This document shows, piece by piece, positions 29,614 to 39,538 of a stretch of 64,000 nucleotides of DNA. The notes below the pieces were generated by a model. That model saw only the letters and a program-made list of their open reading frames with translations. It made no database searches and was not told the DNA's origin. The position numbers were made by a program, and so were the translations under genes. Each line of letters opens with the position of its first letter. Positions within the stretch are counted from its first letter, which is position 1. The DNA is from Flavobacteriales bacterium. Its GTDB lineage: Bacteria; Bacteroidota; Bacteroidia; CAIKAF01. The stretch lies in assembly GCA_022402535.1 (NCBI GenBank), contig JAKRSD010000020.1:221341-285340 (forward strand), in the 5' to 3' direction.

Positions 29614-30069
29614 ATGAAAAATCTTTTGCTCTCAGCAGCTATTCTTTTAAGCGGTGTTTATTCATATGCACAAAACGTAACCAAACAAAACACCGAAAAA
29701 CCCAAATCAGATTACACATTTGATTTTTTTGAAGGAGGTTTTGACCAAGCCATGAAGGAAGCCGCAAAGAAAAAGAAAATGATATTTGTGGATGCCTACA
29801 CCTCATGGTGCGGCCCATGCAAGATGATGAATAACAGCACGTTCAAAGACAAAGCGGCGGGAGAGTTTTTTAATTCCAATTTCATCAGCATGAAAATCGA
29901 TATGGAACAGGGAGAAGGTCCGGCGTTTGCCATGAAATATAGCGTTAGGGCATATCCTACGCTACTCTTCATTTCGCCCAAAGGTGATGTGGTGCATAAA
30001 GTATTAGGTTACCGCGACGGTACCGTACTCACCGAAGAAGGCAAAAAAGCGTTAGCTCTAAAAAAGTAA
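29614..30069 (+). CDS. thioredoxin-family protein, secreted
   Basis: Signal peptide, WCGPCK active site and a thioredoxin fold. Confidence 0.75.
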   Translation: MKNLLLSAAILLSGVYSYAQNVTKQNTEKPKSDYTFDFFEGGFDQAMKEAAKKKKMIFVDAYTSWCGPCKMMNNSTFKDKAAGEFFNSNFISMKIDMEQGEGPAFAMKYSVRAYPTLLFISPKGDVVHKVLGYRDGTVLTEEGKKALALKK

Positions 30070-30093
30070 ACAATCATTCTGTTATATTATTAA

Positions 30094-30124
30094 AAAGGAC
30101 GGCAAATGCCGTCCTTTTTCGTTG
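30094..30124 (+). terminator. Rho-independent terminator
   Basis: AAGGACGGCA-AAT-GCCGTCCTT followed by TTTCGTT. Confidence 0.6.
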
Positions 30125-30167
30125 TATGTAGTCTTTTTAGCACCTTTGTCCTTTATACAAATACCCG

Positions 30168-31043
30168 ATGCTAAAATCTATGACCGGATTCGGTGCCGCA
30201 AAAGCCGAGTCAGAAAACATAAAAGTGAGCGTAGAAGTACGCTGCTTAAACAGTCGATCTCTGGATATGATGTTTAAGCCCCCCGGTTTGTTCCGTGAAA
30301 TTGAACATGAAATCCGGCAAAAGGTAAGCACCTTTCTTATCAGAGGGAAAACCGACCTTAGAATCACCGTTGAATATAAAAAAATTACAGGTTCGGGACG
30401 CATAAATACGGCATTGGCAGAAGCTTATTATACAGAGATGAAAGCTCTGGCTGAGCGCCTGGGTAATTCGGACGCCAATCTGATGGAAAGTCTTTTTCGC
30501 ATTCCCGATGTGTTTAAAACGGAAGATGAAGAACTTTCCGAAACCGATGCAAAAGCCTGTTTTGGGGCCATTCAGGAAGCCCTAACCAAGGTTGATGAAT
30601 TCAGGAGAGCTGAAGGAAAAAATCTGGAAAAAGATATTCTTTACCGAATCGCATGCATTCAGGATGGTTTGGACAAAGTACCCACTTTTGAAAAAGAAAG
30701 AATGAACCGAATCCGAAGCCGGATTGAGGAACATATTTCCTATCTGAAAACGGAAGCGGGTCATGATAAAAGTCGTTTTGAAGAAGAACTAATTTATTAC
30801 CTCGAGAAGATTGATATTACCGAAGAAAAAGTAAGATTGGCTTCACATCTCAAATATTTCAGAGAGATGGTCAATGGCACTGACGAAGATTTAGGTAGAA
30901 AACTCAACTTTTTGTCTCAGGAAATCGGACGCGAAATAAACACCCTGGGCTCCAAAGCCAATGATGCCGATCTGCAACGGGTTGTGGTGAATATGAAAGA
31001 TGATCTTGAAAAAATCAAAGAGCAGCTTTTAAATATTTTGTAA
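30168..31043 (+). CDS. yicC: YicC-family stress-induced protein
   Basis: N-terminus MLKSMTGFGAA...VEVRCLNSRSLD, and a C-terminal DUF1732-like helical region. Confidence 0.8.
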   Translation: MLKSMTGFGAAKAESENIKVSVEVRCLNSRSLDMMFKPPGLFREIEHEIRQKVSTFLIRGKTDLRITVEYKKITGSGRINTALAEAYYTEMKALAERLGNSDANLMESLFRIPDVFKTEDEELSETDAKACFGAIQEALTKVDEFRRAEGKNLEKDILYRIACIQDGLDKVPTFEKERMNRIRSRIEEHISYLKTEAGHDKSRFEEELIYYLEKIDITEEKVRLASHLKYFREMVNGTDEDLGRKLNFLSQEIGREINTLGSKANDADLQRVVVNMKDDLEKIKEQLLNIL

Positions 31044-31052
31044 AACTTAACC

Positions 31053-31991
31053 TTACTGAGGGGCCTGTTCTCTGGGAAACCTCACTTTCTTCTGCTTCTT
31101 GGTTTTACGGTTAAGTTCATTGGGTAATTTAGCCCTTGCCGGTGTAATATTCAAGGCAAACATATACCTAAGGGTTATAAATCCTCTGAAACTCCCGTCT
31201 TTTTTTAGCGGATTTCCACGGGCAAACCCTTCCTGAGGAAAACTTCCCGCACCTTTATACGAATATGCCACACCCTGTGAACCGCTGTAGTTTTGCAGGG
31301 CTGCCACATCCGGATAGGTCGTGCTTACATCATCCAGATAGTCCGTGAAAAGCTGTACATATTCCACATTTACTTCCAACTCCAGGTTTCGGAGCGGGTT
31401 TACCACAAATCCGATATCATAAAACAGGGCGGGCTGATCAAGTTTATAAGGTTTTCTGTACCCCGGAATATTTTGCCCTTCGGTTCCCAAGGGTTTTAAA
31501 TACACGGAGCTGCCTCCCGAGCGGGAGTATGGATTAAAATGAAAATGGCCCACCCCTATACCCACGCTCGGCTTAAATACTTCGCGGGGCGTATTTTTAC
31601 CAAAAGCACATGCCACCGTGGATGCTTTCTTCTTGGCTACCCCATCGGCAAAAACAATAATCGGATAATAATTCACCCGCAGTTCATTCGTGTAATAAAG
31701 CGTTTCAAAATCTAAATTTCGTGAAGGCTGTACATTGCCCATCTGATCTCCGCCAACCAATTGTCCAAAGCTGAAACGGTATGAAACATCTAAAAAATAA
31801 CGGTACCGATAATGAACGGAAGCTCCCACAACAGGCTTCAAATAAGCAGCTTCGGGCAGAGAATTCCGTTTCAAATCTCCCACATAGTACCCTGGTCCGG
31901 CACGTAAAGCCGCTCCAATTCTGTGCTGAGCTATCAACAATGAGGGAAAGAGAAATAACAAAAAAGATAAAAATGAAGTCCTTGTTTTCAT
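31053..31991 (-). CDS. hypothetical secreted/outer-membrane protein
   Basis: Signal peptide MKTRTSFLSFLLFLFPSLLIAQ, with the start moved to that Met. It is rich in Tyr/Gly with alternating patterns, and has a basic C-terminal tail. Confidence 0.45.
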   Translation of the reverse strand: MKTRTSFLSFLLFLFPSLLIAQHRIGAALRAGPGYYVGDLKRNSLPEAAYLKPVVGASVHYRYRYFLDVSYRFSFGQLVGGDQMGNVQPSRNLDFETLYYTNELRVNYYPIIVFADGVAKKKASTVACAFGKNTPREVFKPSVGIGVGHFHFNPYSRSGGSSVYLKPLGTEGQNIPGYRKPYKLDQPALFYDIGFVVNPLRNLELEVNVEYVQLFTDYLDDVSTTYPDVAALQNYSGSQGVAYSYKGAGSFPQEGFARGNPLKKDGSFRGFITLRYMFALNITPARAKLPNELNRKTKKQKKVRFPREQAPQ

Positions 31992-32163
31992 GCTGTCGCA
32001 AAATTGGAACAAATGGTGAAGTAACAACGCATAATGAGCAGAAATAATTATGTGGAACGGAGCATAAAATCATCAAACCGAAACCCATAGAAACTATGCA
32101 ATGAACTGGTCTTTAGTGTTTAACTTTCAATTGAAAATTACAGCAAAAATAAAACAAACGAAA

Positions 32164-32215
32164 AAGGTTATTTAGAATCTTTCTAAATAACCTTCAGTGT
32201 ACCTAATTTTAGGTA
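32164..32215. promoter_or_regulatory. two adjacent palindromes (candidate operators) in the divergent promoter region upstream of actA
   Basis: AAGGTTATTTAGA-ATCTT-TCTAAATAACCTT has 13-bp perfect arms (32164-32194), and TACCTAATTTTAGGTA is a 16-bp palindrome (32200-32215). They lie 30 to 80 bp upstream of the putative actA -7 box. Confidence 0.35.
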
Positions 32216-32222
32216 TTTCGCA

Positions 32223-32252
32223 TTGGTTTTTTTTAACACGCTATTAACTTTG
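32223..32252 (+). promoter_or_regulatory. putative actA promoter (TTG -33 element and TAACTTTG -7 element)
   Basis: TTG at 32223-32225, a 19-nt spacer, then TAACTTTG at 32245-32252. It lies downstream of the ORF-track ATG at 32223, which supports a later start codon. Confidence 0.35.
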
Positions 32253-32339
32253 CCCCGGTTTTGGAGCGATCCTACAAGTCATTCGCAAAAAACGATGTCC
32301 GTTATGACCGATTTTATGAACAAATTTTTGGGTTATACC

Positions 32340-33668
32340 ATGCACAGAGTCATGGTATTATCGTTATTTTCACTCATTTCAATCACAGCATTTGCGCAGC
32401 CCGACGGCGGCAAGTTGTTTGATTCACAATGTAAGCGTTGTCACAACATTGGCGAGGCCAAACTGGTGGGTCCGGGATTAAAAGACGTAAGAAGTCGTTG
32501 GTCTTCCGAAGACAACCTCATTGCATGGATTCAAAACTCTGCTGAATATTTAAAAACAGGAGATGCTTATGCCGTGGGTCTGTATGAAAAATACAATAAA
32601 TCTGCGATGCCCGCTTTCCCTACGTTGAGTAAAGAAGACGTGGTAGCCATTCTCGATTACGTGGATGCCGAAAACAGCAAAGCACCTGAAGTAGCTGTAG
32701 CTCCAACGGGAACTGAAGGAACAGCAAAAGAAGAAGATAACAGCCTGATGTATGTGCTTATTGCGGTTGCCGTAATTCTATCTATTCTTATTTACTCACT
32801 CTACAGCATGTCTTCCTCTTTAATCACCGTGTTAAAACACCGTGACGGTGAAGATTCGGTGGATGACCGCTCTATGCTGGACAAAGCCGAAGATTGTTTG
32901 AAAGGAATGGGGTCATGGGCGAAGGAAAACAAAAAAATTGTAGGGTTACTGGTCACTGTTGTTGTACTCATCGGTTTAAAATTTGTTTGGGATTCTTTAC
33001 TCGGTATCGGGGTTTATACAAACTATCAACCTCATCAGCCAATCAAATTCTCTCATAAAATTCACGCCGGTGAAATTGGTATCGCCTGTGTGTATTGCCA
33101 TACGGGAGTTACAGAGTCAAAACAGGCAACAATTCCATCAGCCTCTACCTGTATGAACTGCCATAAAGGAGTAAAAGAAGGCGCTCAATACGGAAAAGTA
33201 GAAATTGCTAAAATATATGCTTCAATCGGCTTCGACCCTGAGAAAGATGCATATATTGAAAACTATAACCAAAAGCCTTACGAAGAAATGGCTTCTCTTT
33301 ATGAGAACTGGTTGGGTGATGGAGATGCTTACCGTCAGGTACAGTCGTTTATCCAAAAACCAATTTCATGGGTTCAGATTCACAAACTCCCCGATCACGC
33401 TTACTTTAACCATGCCCAGCACTATAAAGTGGGTGGTATTGAATGTGAAACCTGCCACGGTCCGGTTCAGGAAATGGAGGAAGTTTATCAATATTCTCCG
33501 CTTACCATGGGATGGTGTATCAACTGTCACCGCGATACCAAAGTGAAATTCGAAGAAAATCCATATTACGATAAACTTCACGATTATCTGTCAAAACGAT
33601 ACAAAGAAGGTGCTCAATTCACCGTTTCGCGTATCGGTGGACTTGAATGTGGAAAATGTCATTATTAA
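32340..33668 (+). CDS. actA: ACIII subunit ActA, multiheme cytochrome c (6 CxxCH: an N-terminal monoheme class-I domain, two TM helices and a pentaheme domain)
   Basis: CxxCH motifs are CKRCH, CVYCH, CMNCH, CETCH, CINCH and CGKCH. The signal peptide is MHRVMVLSLFSLISITAFAQ. The start was chosen at 32340; in-frame ATGs at 32295, 32304 and 32316 are alternatives. Confidence 0.85.
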   Translation: MHRVMVLSLFSLISITAFAQPDGGKLFDSQCKRCHNIGEAKLVGPGLKDVRSRWSSEDNLIAWIQNSAEYLKTGDAYAVGLYEKYNKSAMPAFPTLSKEDVVAILDYVDAENSKAPEVAVAPTGTEGTAKEEDNSLMYVLIAVAVILSILIYSLYSMSSSLITVLKHRDGEDSVDDRSMLDKAEDCLKGMGSWAKENKKIVGLLVTVVVLIGLKFVWDSLLGIGVYTNYQPHQPIKFSHKIHAGEIGIACVYCHTGVTESKQATIPSASTCMNCHKGVKEGAQYGKVEIAKIYASIGFDPEKDAYIENYNQKPYEEMASLYENWLGDGDAYRQVQSFIQKPISWVQIHKLPDHAYFNHAQHYKVGGIECETCHGPVQEMEEVYQYSPLTMGWCINCHRDTKVKFEENPYYDKLHDYLSKRYKEGAQFTVSRIGGLECGKCHY

Positions 33669-33699
33669 TTATTAACGGACTCAATCTCTTCTCAATCAT

Positions 33700-36600
33700 A
33701 TGAGCAATCAGAAGATATATTGGAAAGGACTCGAAGAACTTCACGAAACGAATGAGTTTGTGAAGAACCGCGAAAATGAATTTGCGGAGTCGCTTCCTAT
33801 GGAAGAATTTCTTGGTAAAGAAAATCTTTCTCAGTCTAAAACTGGACGTAGGGACTTCCTCAAATTTTTAGGATTTAGCGTTACCGCGGCAGCCGTGGCA
33901 GCTTGTGAAGCACCTATACAGAAAGCACTTCCTTACGTAATCAAACCCGAAAACGTAACGCCGGGGGTGCCTAACTATTATGCTTCCGCCTATTTTGACG
34001 ATAACGATTTTGCCAATATATTGGTAAAAACCCGCGAAGGTCGTCCTATCTTCATTGAAGGAGGAAATCCGACTGTAGCCGGAAGAAACGGGATATCTGC
34101 GCAAATCTCAGCATCCGTGCTGAGTCTGTATGATACTACCCGCCTGAAAGAAGCCATGAAAAAAGGGGAACCTGTTTCTTGGTCAACCGCTGATTCAGAA
34201 ATTATTGATGCACTTACAAACATTGCCCAAAGCGGAAAACGTACTGCCATTCTTACATCTACAATCATATCGCCTTCAACTAAAAAAGCGATTGCTGATT
34301 TTTCAGCAAAATTCGGTAATGTAGACCATGTAACGTTTGATGCCATTTCTTACGATGCAATTCCTAACGCTCACGGTTCCGTATTTGGAAAAACAGCTGT
34401 TCCATATTATCGTTTCGATAAAACCATGGCCGTAGCTTCTTTCGGAGCTGATTTCATGGGTACCTGGTTAGACCACAACGCTTACCGTGGCGACTTTGCT
34501 AAAACCAGAAGCCCGAAAGGCGAAATGAGCCGTCTGTTTTCTTTTGAAGCGACCATGTCTTTAACAGGAGCAAACGCTGATTACAGAACATCGGTAAAAC
34601 AAACTGAAATTCCTCATGCCCTGATCGCGCTTTATAATAAATTATCAGGTTCTGCGCTTCCGGCTACTAAATTAGCCTGCGATGCACAAATTACAAAGTG
34701 TGCCGATTACCTGAAAGCAAATAAGGGAAAAGCGTTGGTGGTATGCGGAATCAACGATGTTAATGCTCAGATTATTACGGCTGAAATTAATAAACTGTTG
34801 GGCGCTGAAGGTACTACCATGGATTTTGCCACACCGGTATTCACGAAAATGGGTAATTCTGGTGCAGCCGATGCTCTTTTAAAGAATATCGCTTCCGGCA
34901 CTGTTGGTGGAATCATACTTTACAATGCAAATCCGGCATACAACCATCCCATGGCTAGCAATTGGAAAGACGCTATTTCCAAATTGAAACTTTCTGTTTC
35001 ATTCGCTTCCAAAATGGATGAATCTGCCGAAGCTTGTACTTATGTTCTTCCCGATCATAACTATTTAGAATCTTGGAATGACTTTAATCCGTTTGGTGGT
35101 CATTTCGCAGTTGCTCAGCCAACCATTCATCCATTATTTAATACCCGTCAGGCTCAAGAAAACCTGTTAGTATGGGCTGGCAAAGCAAATCGTTCTGATA
35201 AAAATTCAAGTGCTTATCGTGAGTACATGAAAGAAGTTTGGAAAGAAACTTTGTTCAGCAAACAAACCAAATACGCTTCTTTTGAAGATTTCTGGAACTA
35301 TTCGGTACACGACGGTGCTTTTGAAACTACATATTCAGAAAGTGTTTCTATTCCATCTGAAATTATAACGGCCGGTGATGCTGCTGCTAAAATCAACAGC
35401 ACATTTAAATCAGGCAGTGGATATGAAGTGGTTTTATATCAAAAAATGGGTATCGGCTCCGGTAATCAAGCGAATAATCCCTGGTTACAAGAGTTACCCG
35501 ACCCAATTTCTAGGGTAACATGGGATAACTATATCACCATGAGTCCTGCCGAAATGAAGGAAAAAGGATTCGCGACCTACATCGGTCAGGAAGACCCGGC
35601 AGATATGGCCGAAATCAGTGTAAATGGTAAAACCATTAAACTTCCTGTAGTGGCATCTCCCGGTCAGGCAGTAGGTACTGTTGGTATTGCGGTGGGATAC
35701 GGAAGAACATTCGGTAAAGAAGGTGAAATCATCGGTCAGAACGCTTTCCCTCTGGGTTCATTCGTGAACGGAACCGTTCAAAACTGGACTGTTGGAGCCG
35801 AAATAAGCAAAACCGGAGAAACTTATCCGCTTGCGGCCACACAAACCCATCATACGATGATGGGCAGAGATATCGTAAAAGAAACTTCTCTGGCTCAGTA
35901 TAAAGAAAACAAACACAGCGGAAACCATAAACACTCTTTCCATACAAAGATTAAAGAACTTAAAGGGAAAGAAGTACATGGTCATTTAAGTTCTGATGAG
36001 GCCGATTTCTGGAAAAAATTCGATCGTCCGAACCACAACTGGGGAATGACGATTGATCTAAATGCATGTAACGGTTGTGGCGCCTGCGTTATCGCCTGTC
36101 ATGCAGAAAACAACGTACCTGTGGTGGGTAAAGATGAAATCCGTCGGGTACGTGATATGCACTGGCTGCGTATTGACCGCTATTATTCATCAGACACCAA
36201 CAAAGAAATGTTGGATAATGCCACCGGATTTTCTGCTTATAAAAAAGCGAATCTGGATGCAGAAATCCCTTCAGAATCTCCACAGGTAGTGTTCCAGCCT
36301 ATCATGTGTCAGCACTGTTCACAAGCCCCTTGCGAAACCGTGTGTCCTGTATTGGCAACTACCCATAGCAACGAAGGTCTGAACCAAATGACGTATAACC
36401 GTTGTATCGGTACCCGTTATTGTGCAAACAACTGTCCATATAAAGTACGTCGTTTCAACTGGTTTAAATATCACAACAACGAGCAGTTTGATTTCTACAT
36501 GAATGATGACCTTGGTAAAATGGTATTGAATCCTGATGTAAATGTTCGTTCACGTGGGGTTATGGAAAAATGCTCTATGTGTGTACAGCGCATTCAATAT

Positions 36601-36903
36601 GGTAAACTGGAAGCCAAAAAAGAACAACGTACCATCAAAGATGGTGAGATTAAAACGGCTTGTCAGTCTGCTTGTCCAACACATGCTATTTCATTTGGAG
36701 ATTACAATGATGAGGCTTCTTTAGTTCACGAACTTCGTGCTGATGAAAGAGCATACGCTCTTCTTGAGGAAGTAGGAACCGAGCCGAATGTGTTCTACCA
36801 AGTGAAAGTGCGTAACGTTGACGAGGCGTATTATCACGGACATGATGAAGCGCACCATGAAGGCGGAGAACACCACGAAGAAAATGGCCACGGAGGTCAC
36901 TAA
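33700..36903 (+). CDS. actB: ACIII subunit ActB (Tat-exported molybdopterin-oxidoreductase-like domain fused to a 4Fe-4S ferredoxin domain)
   Basis: Tat motif RRDFLKFLGFS, and four Cys clusters (CNGCGACVIAC, CQHCSQAPCETVCP, CIGTRYCANNCP, CSMCVQR...CQSACP). The C-terminal tail is His/acid-rich, HGHDEAHHEGGEHHEENGHGGH. Confidence 0.9.
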   Translation: MSNQKIYWKGLEELHETNEFVKNRENEFAESLPMEEFLGKENLSQSKTGRRDFLKFLGFSVTAAAVAACEAPIQKALPYVIKPENVTPGVPNYYASAYFDDNDFANILVKTREGRPIFIEGGNPTVAGRNGISAQISASVLSLYDTTRLKEAMKKGEPVSWSTADSEIIDALTNIAQSGKRTAILTSTIISPSTKKAIADFSAKFGNVDHVTFDAISYDAIPNAHGSVFGKTAVPYYRFDKTMAVASFGADFMGTWLDHNAYRGDFAKTRSPKGEMSRLFSFEATMSLTGANADYRTSVKQTEIPHALIALYNKLSGSALPATKLACDAQITKCADYLKANKGKALVVCGINDVNAQIITAEINKLLGAEGTTMDFATPVFTKMGNSGAADALLKNIASGTVGGIILYNANPAYNHPMASNWKDAISKLKLSVSFASKMDESAEACTYVLPDHNYLESWNDFNPFGGHFAVAQPTIHPLFNTRQAQENLLVWAGKANRSDKNSSAYREYMKEVWKETLFSKQTKYASFEDFWNYSVHDGAFETTYSESVSIPSEIITAGDAAAKINSTFKSGSGYEVVLYQKMGIGSGNQANNPWLQELPDPISRVTWDNYITMSPAEMKEKGFATYIGQEDPADMAEISVNGKTIKLPVVASPGQAVGTVGIAVGYGRTFGKEGEIIGQNAFPLGSFVNGTVQNWTVGAEISKTGETYPLAATQTHHTMMGRDIVKETSLAQYKENKHSGNHKHSFHTKIKELKGKEVHGHLSSDEADFWKKFDRPNHNWGMTIDLNACNGCGACVIACHAENNVPVVGKDEIRRVRDMHWLRIDRYYSSDTNKEMLDNATGFSAYKKANLDAEIPSESPQVVFQPIMCQHCSQAPCETVCPVLATTHSNEGLNQMTYNRCIGTRYCANNCPYKVRRFNWFKYHNNEQFDFYMNDDLGKMVLNPDVNVRSRGVMEKCSMCVQRIQYGKLEAKKEQRTIKDGEIKTACQSACPTHAISFGDYNDEASLVHELRADERAYALLEEVGTEPNVFYQVKVRNVDEAYYHGHDEAHHEGGEHHEENGHGGH

Positions 36904-36946
36904 TAGTAATTGAATATTTCAACGAGAATTTTATAAAAAATAAAAT

Positions 36947-38344
36947 ATGCACGGCGAGTCGATATACAGAAAACCGTTGATTTTAGGAGATAAAACCTAC
37001 AATCAAATTACTGAAGACATTTGTGCCCCTATTGAAGGGCGAGCCGGAAAGCTATGGTATCTTGCATTTACCTTGGCAGCCATGGCTGCTCTGTGGGGTG
37101 TAGGATGTATCGCTTACCTGATTGGAACCGGGGTAGGAACCTGGGGTCTGAACCGCACCGTTAACTGGGCTTGGGATATTACCAACTTTGTTTGGTGGGT
37201 AGGTATCGGTCACGCGGGAACCCTGATTTCTGCAGTATTATTACTTTTCCGCCAGCGTTGGAGAATGGCCGTTAACAGATCAGCGGAAGCGATGACCATA
37301 TTTGCCGTAGTCTGTGCCGGTTTGTTTCCACTCATGCACATGGGTAGAATTTGGGTAGCCTATTGGACTCTTCCACTGCCCAACCAATTCGGTTCCCTGT
37401 GGGTAAACTTTAACTCCCCTCTGCTTTGGGACGTATTTGCGATTTCTACTTATTTCTCTGTATCTTTAGGATTCTGGTACACCGGTTTGATACCAGATTT
37501 CGCAACCGTGCGCGACCGCCAATCCATCAAATGGATGCGTGCAATTTATAAAATCACATCATTCGGATGGTCGGGTACAGCTAAACAATGGCAACGTTTT
37601 GAAGAAGTATCCTTGGTTTTGGCGGGTATGTCAACTCCTCTCGTACTTTCTGTTCACACGATTGTATCTTTTGACTTTGCTACTTCGGTAATTCCCGGTT
37701 GGCACACAACCATCTTCCCGCCTTATTTCGTTGCGGGAGCCATCTTCTCAGGGTTCGCAATGGTACTAACCTTATTGTTGGTAATGAGGAAAGTATTAAA
37801 GTTGGAAGATTACATTACCATCGGCCACGTAGAATCTATGAATAAAGTAATTATTACTACAGGTTCTATCGTGGGTGTAGCTTATATTACCGAGTTATTT
37901 ATAGCCTGGTACTCGGGGGTAATGTATGAGCAGTATGCATTCTTAAACAGAGCAACCGGTCCCCTTTCGTGGTCATACTGGATTATGATGACCTGTAACG
38001 TGATTTCTCCACAGCTTTTCTGGGTGAAAAAATTGCGCACTAACCTTGTATTTACGTTCTTCATGTCTTTAGTAATTAACCTGGGTATGTGGTTTGAGCG
38101 TTTCGTAATTATCGTAACCTCTCTGCACAGAGACTTTTTACCTTCTTCCTGGACGATGTTCTATCCTACCTATGTAGATATAGGCATTTTCGTGGGAACT
38201 TTGGGTATCTTCTTCACCTTGTTCCTCTTATTTGCCCGTACATTCCCGGTAATTGCGATGGCTGAGCTCAAGTCTATCCTGAAAATTTCGGGAGAAAAAC
38301 AAAAAGAAGATTTTGCAAAACACTCACACGATCAACACCATTAA
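36947..38344 (+). CDS. actC: ACIII subunit ActC (NrfD/PsrC-like quinol-interacting membrane subunit)
   Basis: Has 10 TM helices and NrfD-like blocks, and follows actB in the canonical order. Confidence 0.85.
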   Translation: MHGESIYRKPLILGDKTYNQITEDICAPIEGRAGKLWYLAFTLAAMAALWGVGCIAYLIGTGVGTWGLNRTVNWAWDITNFVWWVGIGHAGTLISAVLLLFRQRWRMAVNRSAEAMTIFAVVCAGLFPLMHMGRIWVAYWTLPLPNQFGSLWVNFNSPLLWDVFAISTYFSVSLGFWYTGLIPDFATVRDRQSIKWMRAIYKITSFGWSGTAKQWQRFEEVSLVLAGMSTPLVLSVHTIVSFDFATSVIPGWHTTIFPPYFVAGAIFSGFAMVLTLLLVMRKVLKLEDYITIGHVESMNKVIITTGSIVGVAYITELFIAWYSGVMYEQYAFLNRATGPLSWSYWIMMTCNVISPQLFWVKKLRTNLVFTFFMSLVINLGMWFERFVIIVTSLHRDFLPSSWTMFYPTYVDIGIFVGTLGIFFTLFLLFARTFPVIAMAELKSILKISGEKQKEDFAKHSHDQHH

Positions 38345-38356
38345 ACCATTGCGAAT

Positions 38357-38890
38357 ATGAGCAAGAATTTAATATATGCAGTTTTTAGCGACCCGGACGA
38401 TACCGTTCATGCAGGCCATGAATTAACCGGTGCCGGTGTAAAAATAAACACGGTTTATTCCCCTTTCCCTATTCACGGGTTAGATGATGCTATCGGTTTA
38501 AAGCCTACTCGTATATCGGTTGCCGCATTCATGTTTGGCGCTACCGGTTTATCTCTGGCACTTCTGATGATGTGGTATATGATGATTTATGACTGGCCCA
38601 TGAACATCGGAGGAAAGCCCTCTTTCAGTCTGGCAGAAAACATCCCTTCATTTGTGCCAGTTTTATTTGAGTGTACCGTATTATTTGGAGCACATGGTAT
38701 GATCTGGACTTTTTTCTTCATCAGCGATATTCTTCCGGGAAAGGATGGTAAAAATCCAGATCCTCGTACTACAGATGATAAAATTATCATAGAAATCGAC
38801 CCTGCAAACCAAAAACATTCAGAAGACCAATTGATTTCAATGTTGAAATCAGCAGGTGCTGAAGAAATAAATCGTAGCGGAAACCATTGA
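38357..38890 (+). CDS. actD: ACIII subunit ActD (DUF3341)
   Basis: N-terminus MSKNLIYAVFSDPDD...HA, two TM helices, and its position between actC and actE. Confidence 0.75.
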   Translation: MSKNLIYAVFSDPDDTVHAGHELTGAGVKINTVYSPFPIHGLDDAIGLKPTRISVAAFMFGATGLSLALLMMWYMMIYDWPMNIGGKPSFSLAENIPSFVPVLFECTVLFGAHGMIWTFFFISDILPGKDGKNPDPRTTDDKIIIEIDPANQKHSEDQLISMLKSAGAEEINRSGNH

Positions 38891-38904
38891 TAGACTAAGA
38901 AGAA

Positions 38905-39492
38905 ATGAATATGAAAAAATATATATCATTGGGATTGTTTGCCTCAGCAGCTTTTATCATGAGCTCCTGCAGTAAAGACCCACAAAGCCCGGGCTACGAG
39001 TTTATGCCTGATATGTATCGTGCGGTAGGATATGAAGGATACGGTCCTAACAAAAACTACGAAGACGGAACCAATGCCCGTACTCCCGTAGATGGAACTA
39101 TACCATTTCAAACCAACAGGGATAACATCATGAATGTATTTCCATATCCACACCCCAATACACCTGAAGGATATGAAGCATCTGCTTTGATGAAAAATCC
39201 AATTCCTTTTAGTGAAGCGGTTTTAGCAGAAGGAAAAACGATATATACCAACTTTTGTGTTCATTGCCACGGAGCTAATGGACAAGGTGATGGTGGTGCC
39301 GGTAAAAAACAGGCCATTTTAATTCCACCTGCCTATAATTCTGATCAGTTGAAAGATTTGCCTGAAGGCAAAATCTTCCACTCTATCACATGGGGTAAAA
39401 ATGCAATGGGTGCACACCAATATCAAATATCTAAAGTTGACCGTTGGAAATTGGTGCATTATGTTCAATCGCTTCAAAAAGCAGGATCTTAA
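38905..39492 (+). CDS. actE: ACIII subunit ActE, monoheme cytochrome c lipoprotein
   Basis: Lipobox FIMSSCSK and the single heme motif CVHCHGANG. Confidence 0.8.
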   Translation: MNMKKYISLGLFASAAFIMSSCSKDPQSPGYEFMPDMYRAVGYEGYGPNKNYEDGTNARTPVDGTIPFQTNRDNIMNVFPYPHPNTPEGYEASALMKNPIPFSEAVLAEGKTIYTNFCVHCHGANGQGDGGAGKKQAILIPPAYNSDQLKDLPEGKIFHSITWGKNAMGAHQYQISKVDRWKLVHYVQSLQKAGS

Positions 39493-39538
39493 TTCTGGAA
39501 TGTTAAATTATTGATTTTACGCTAAATAACATACTCTG

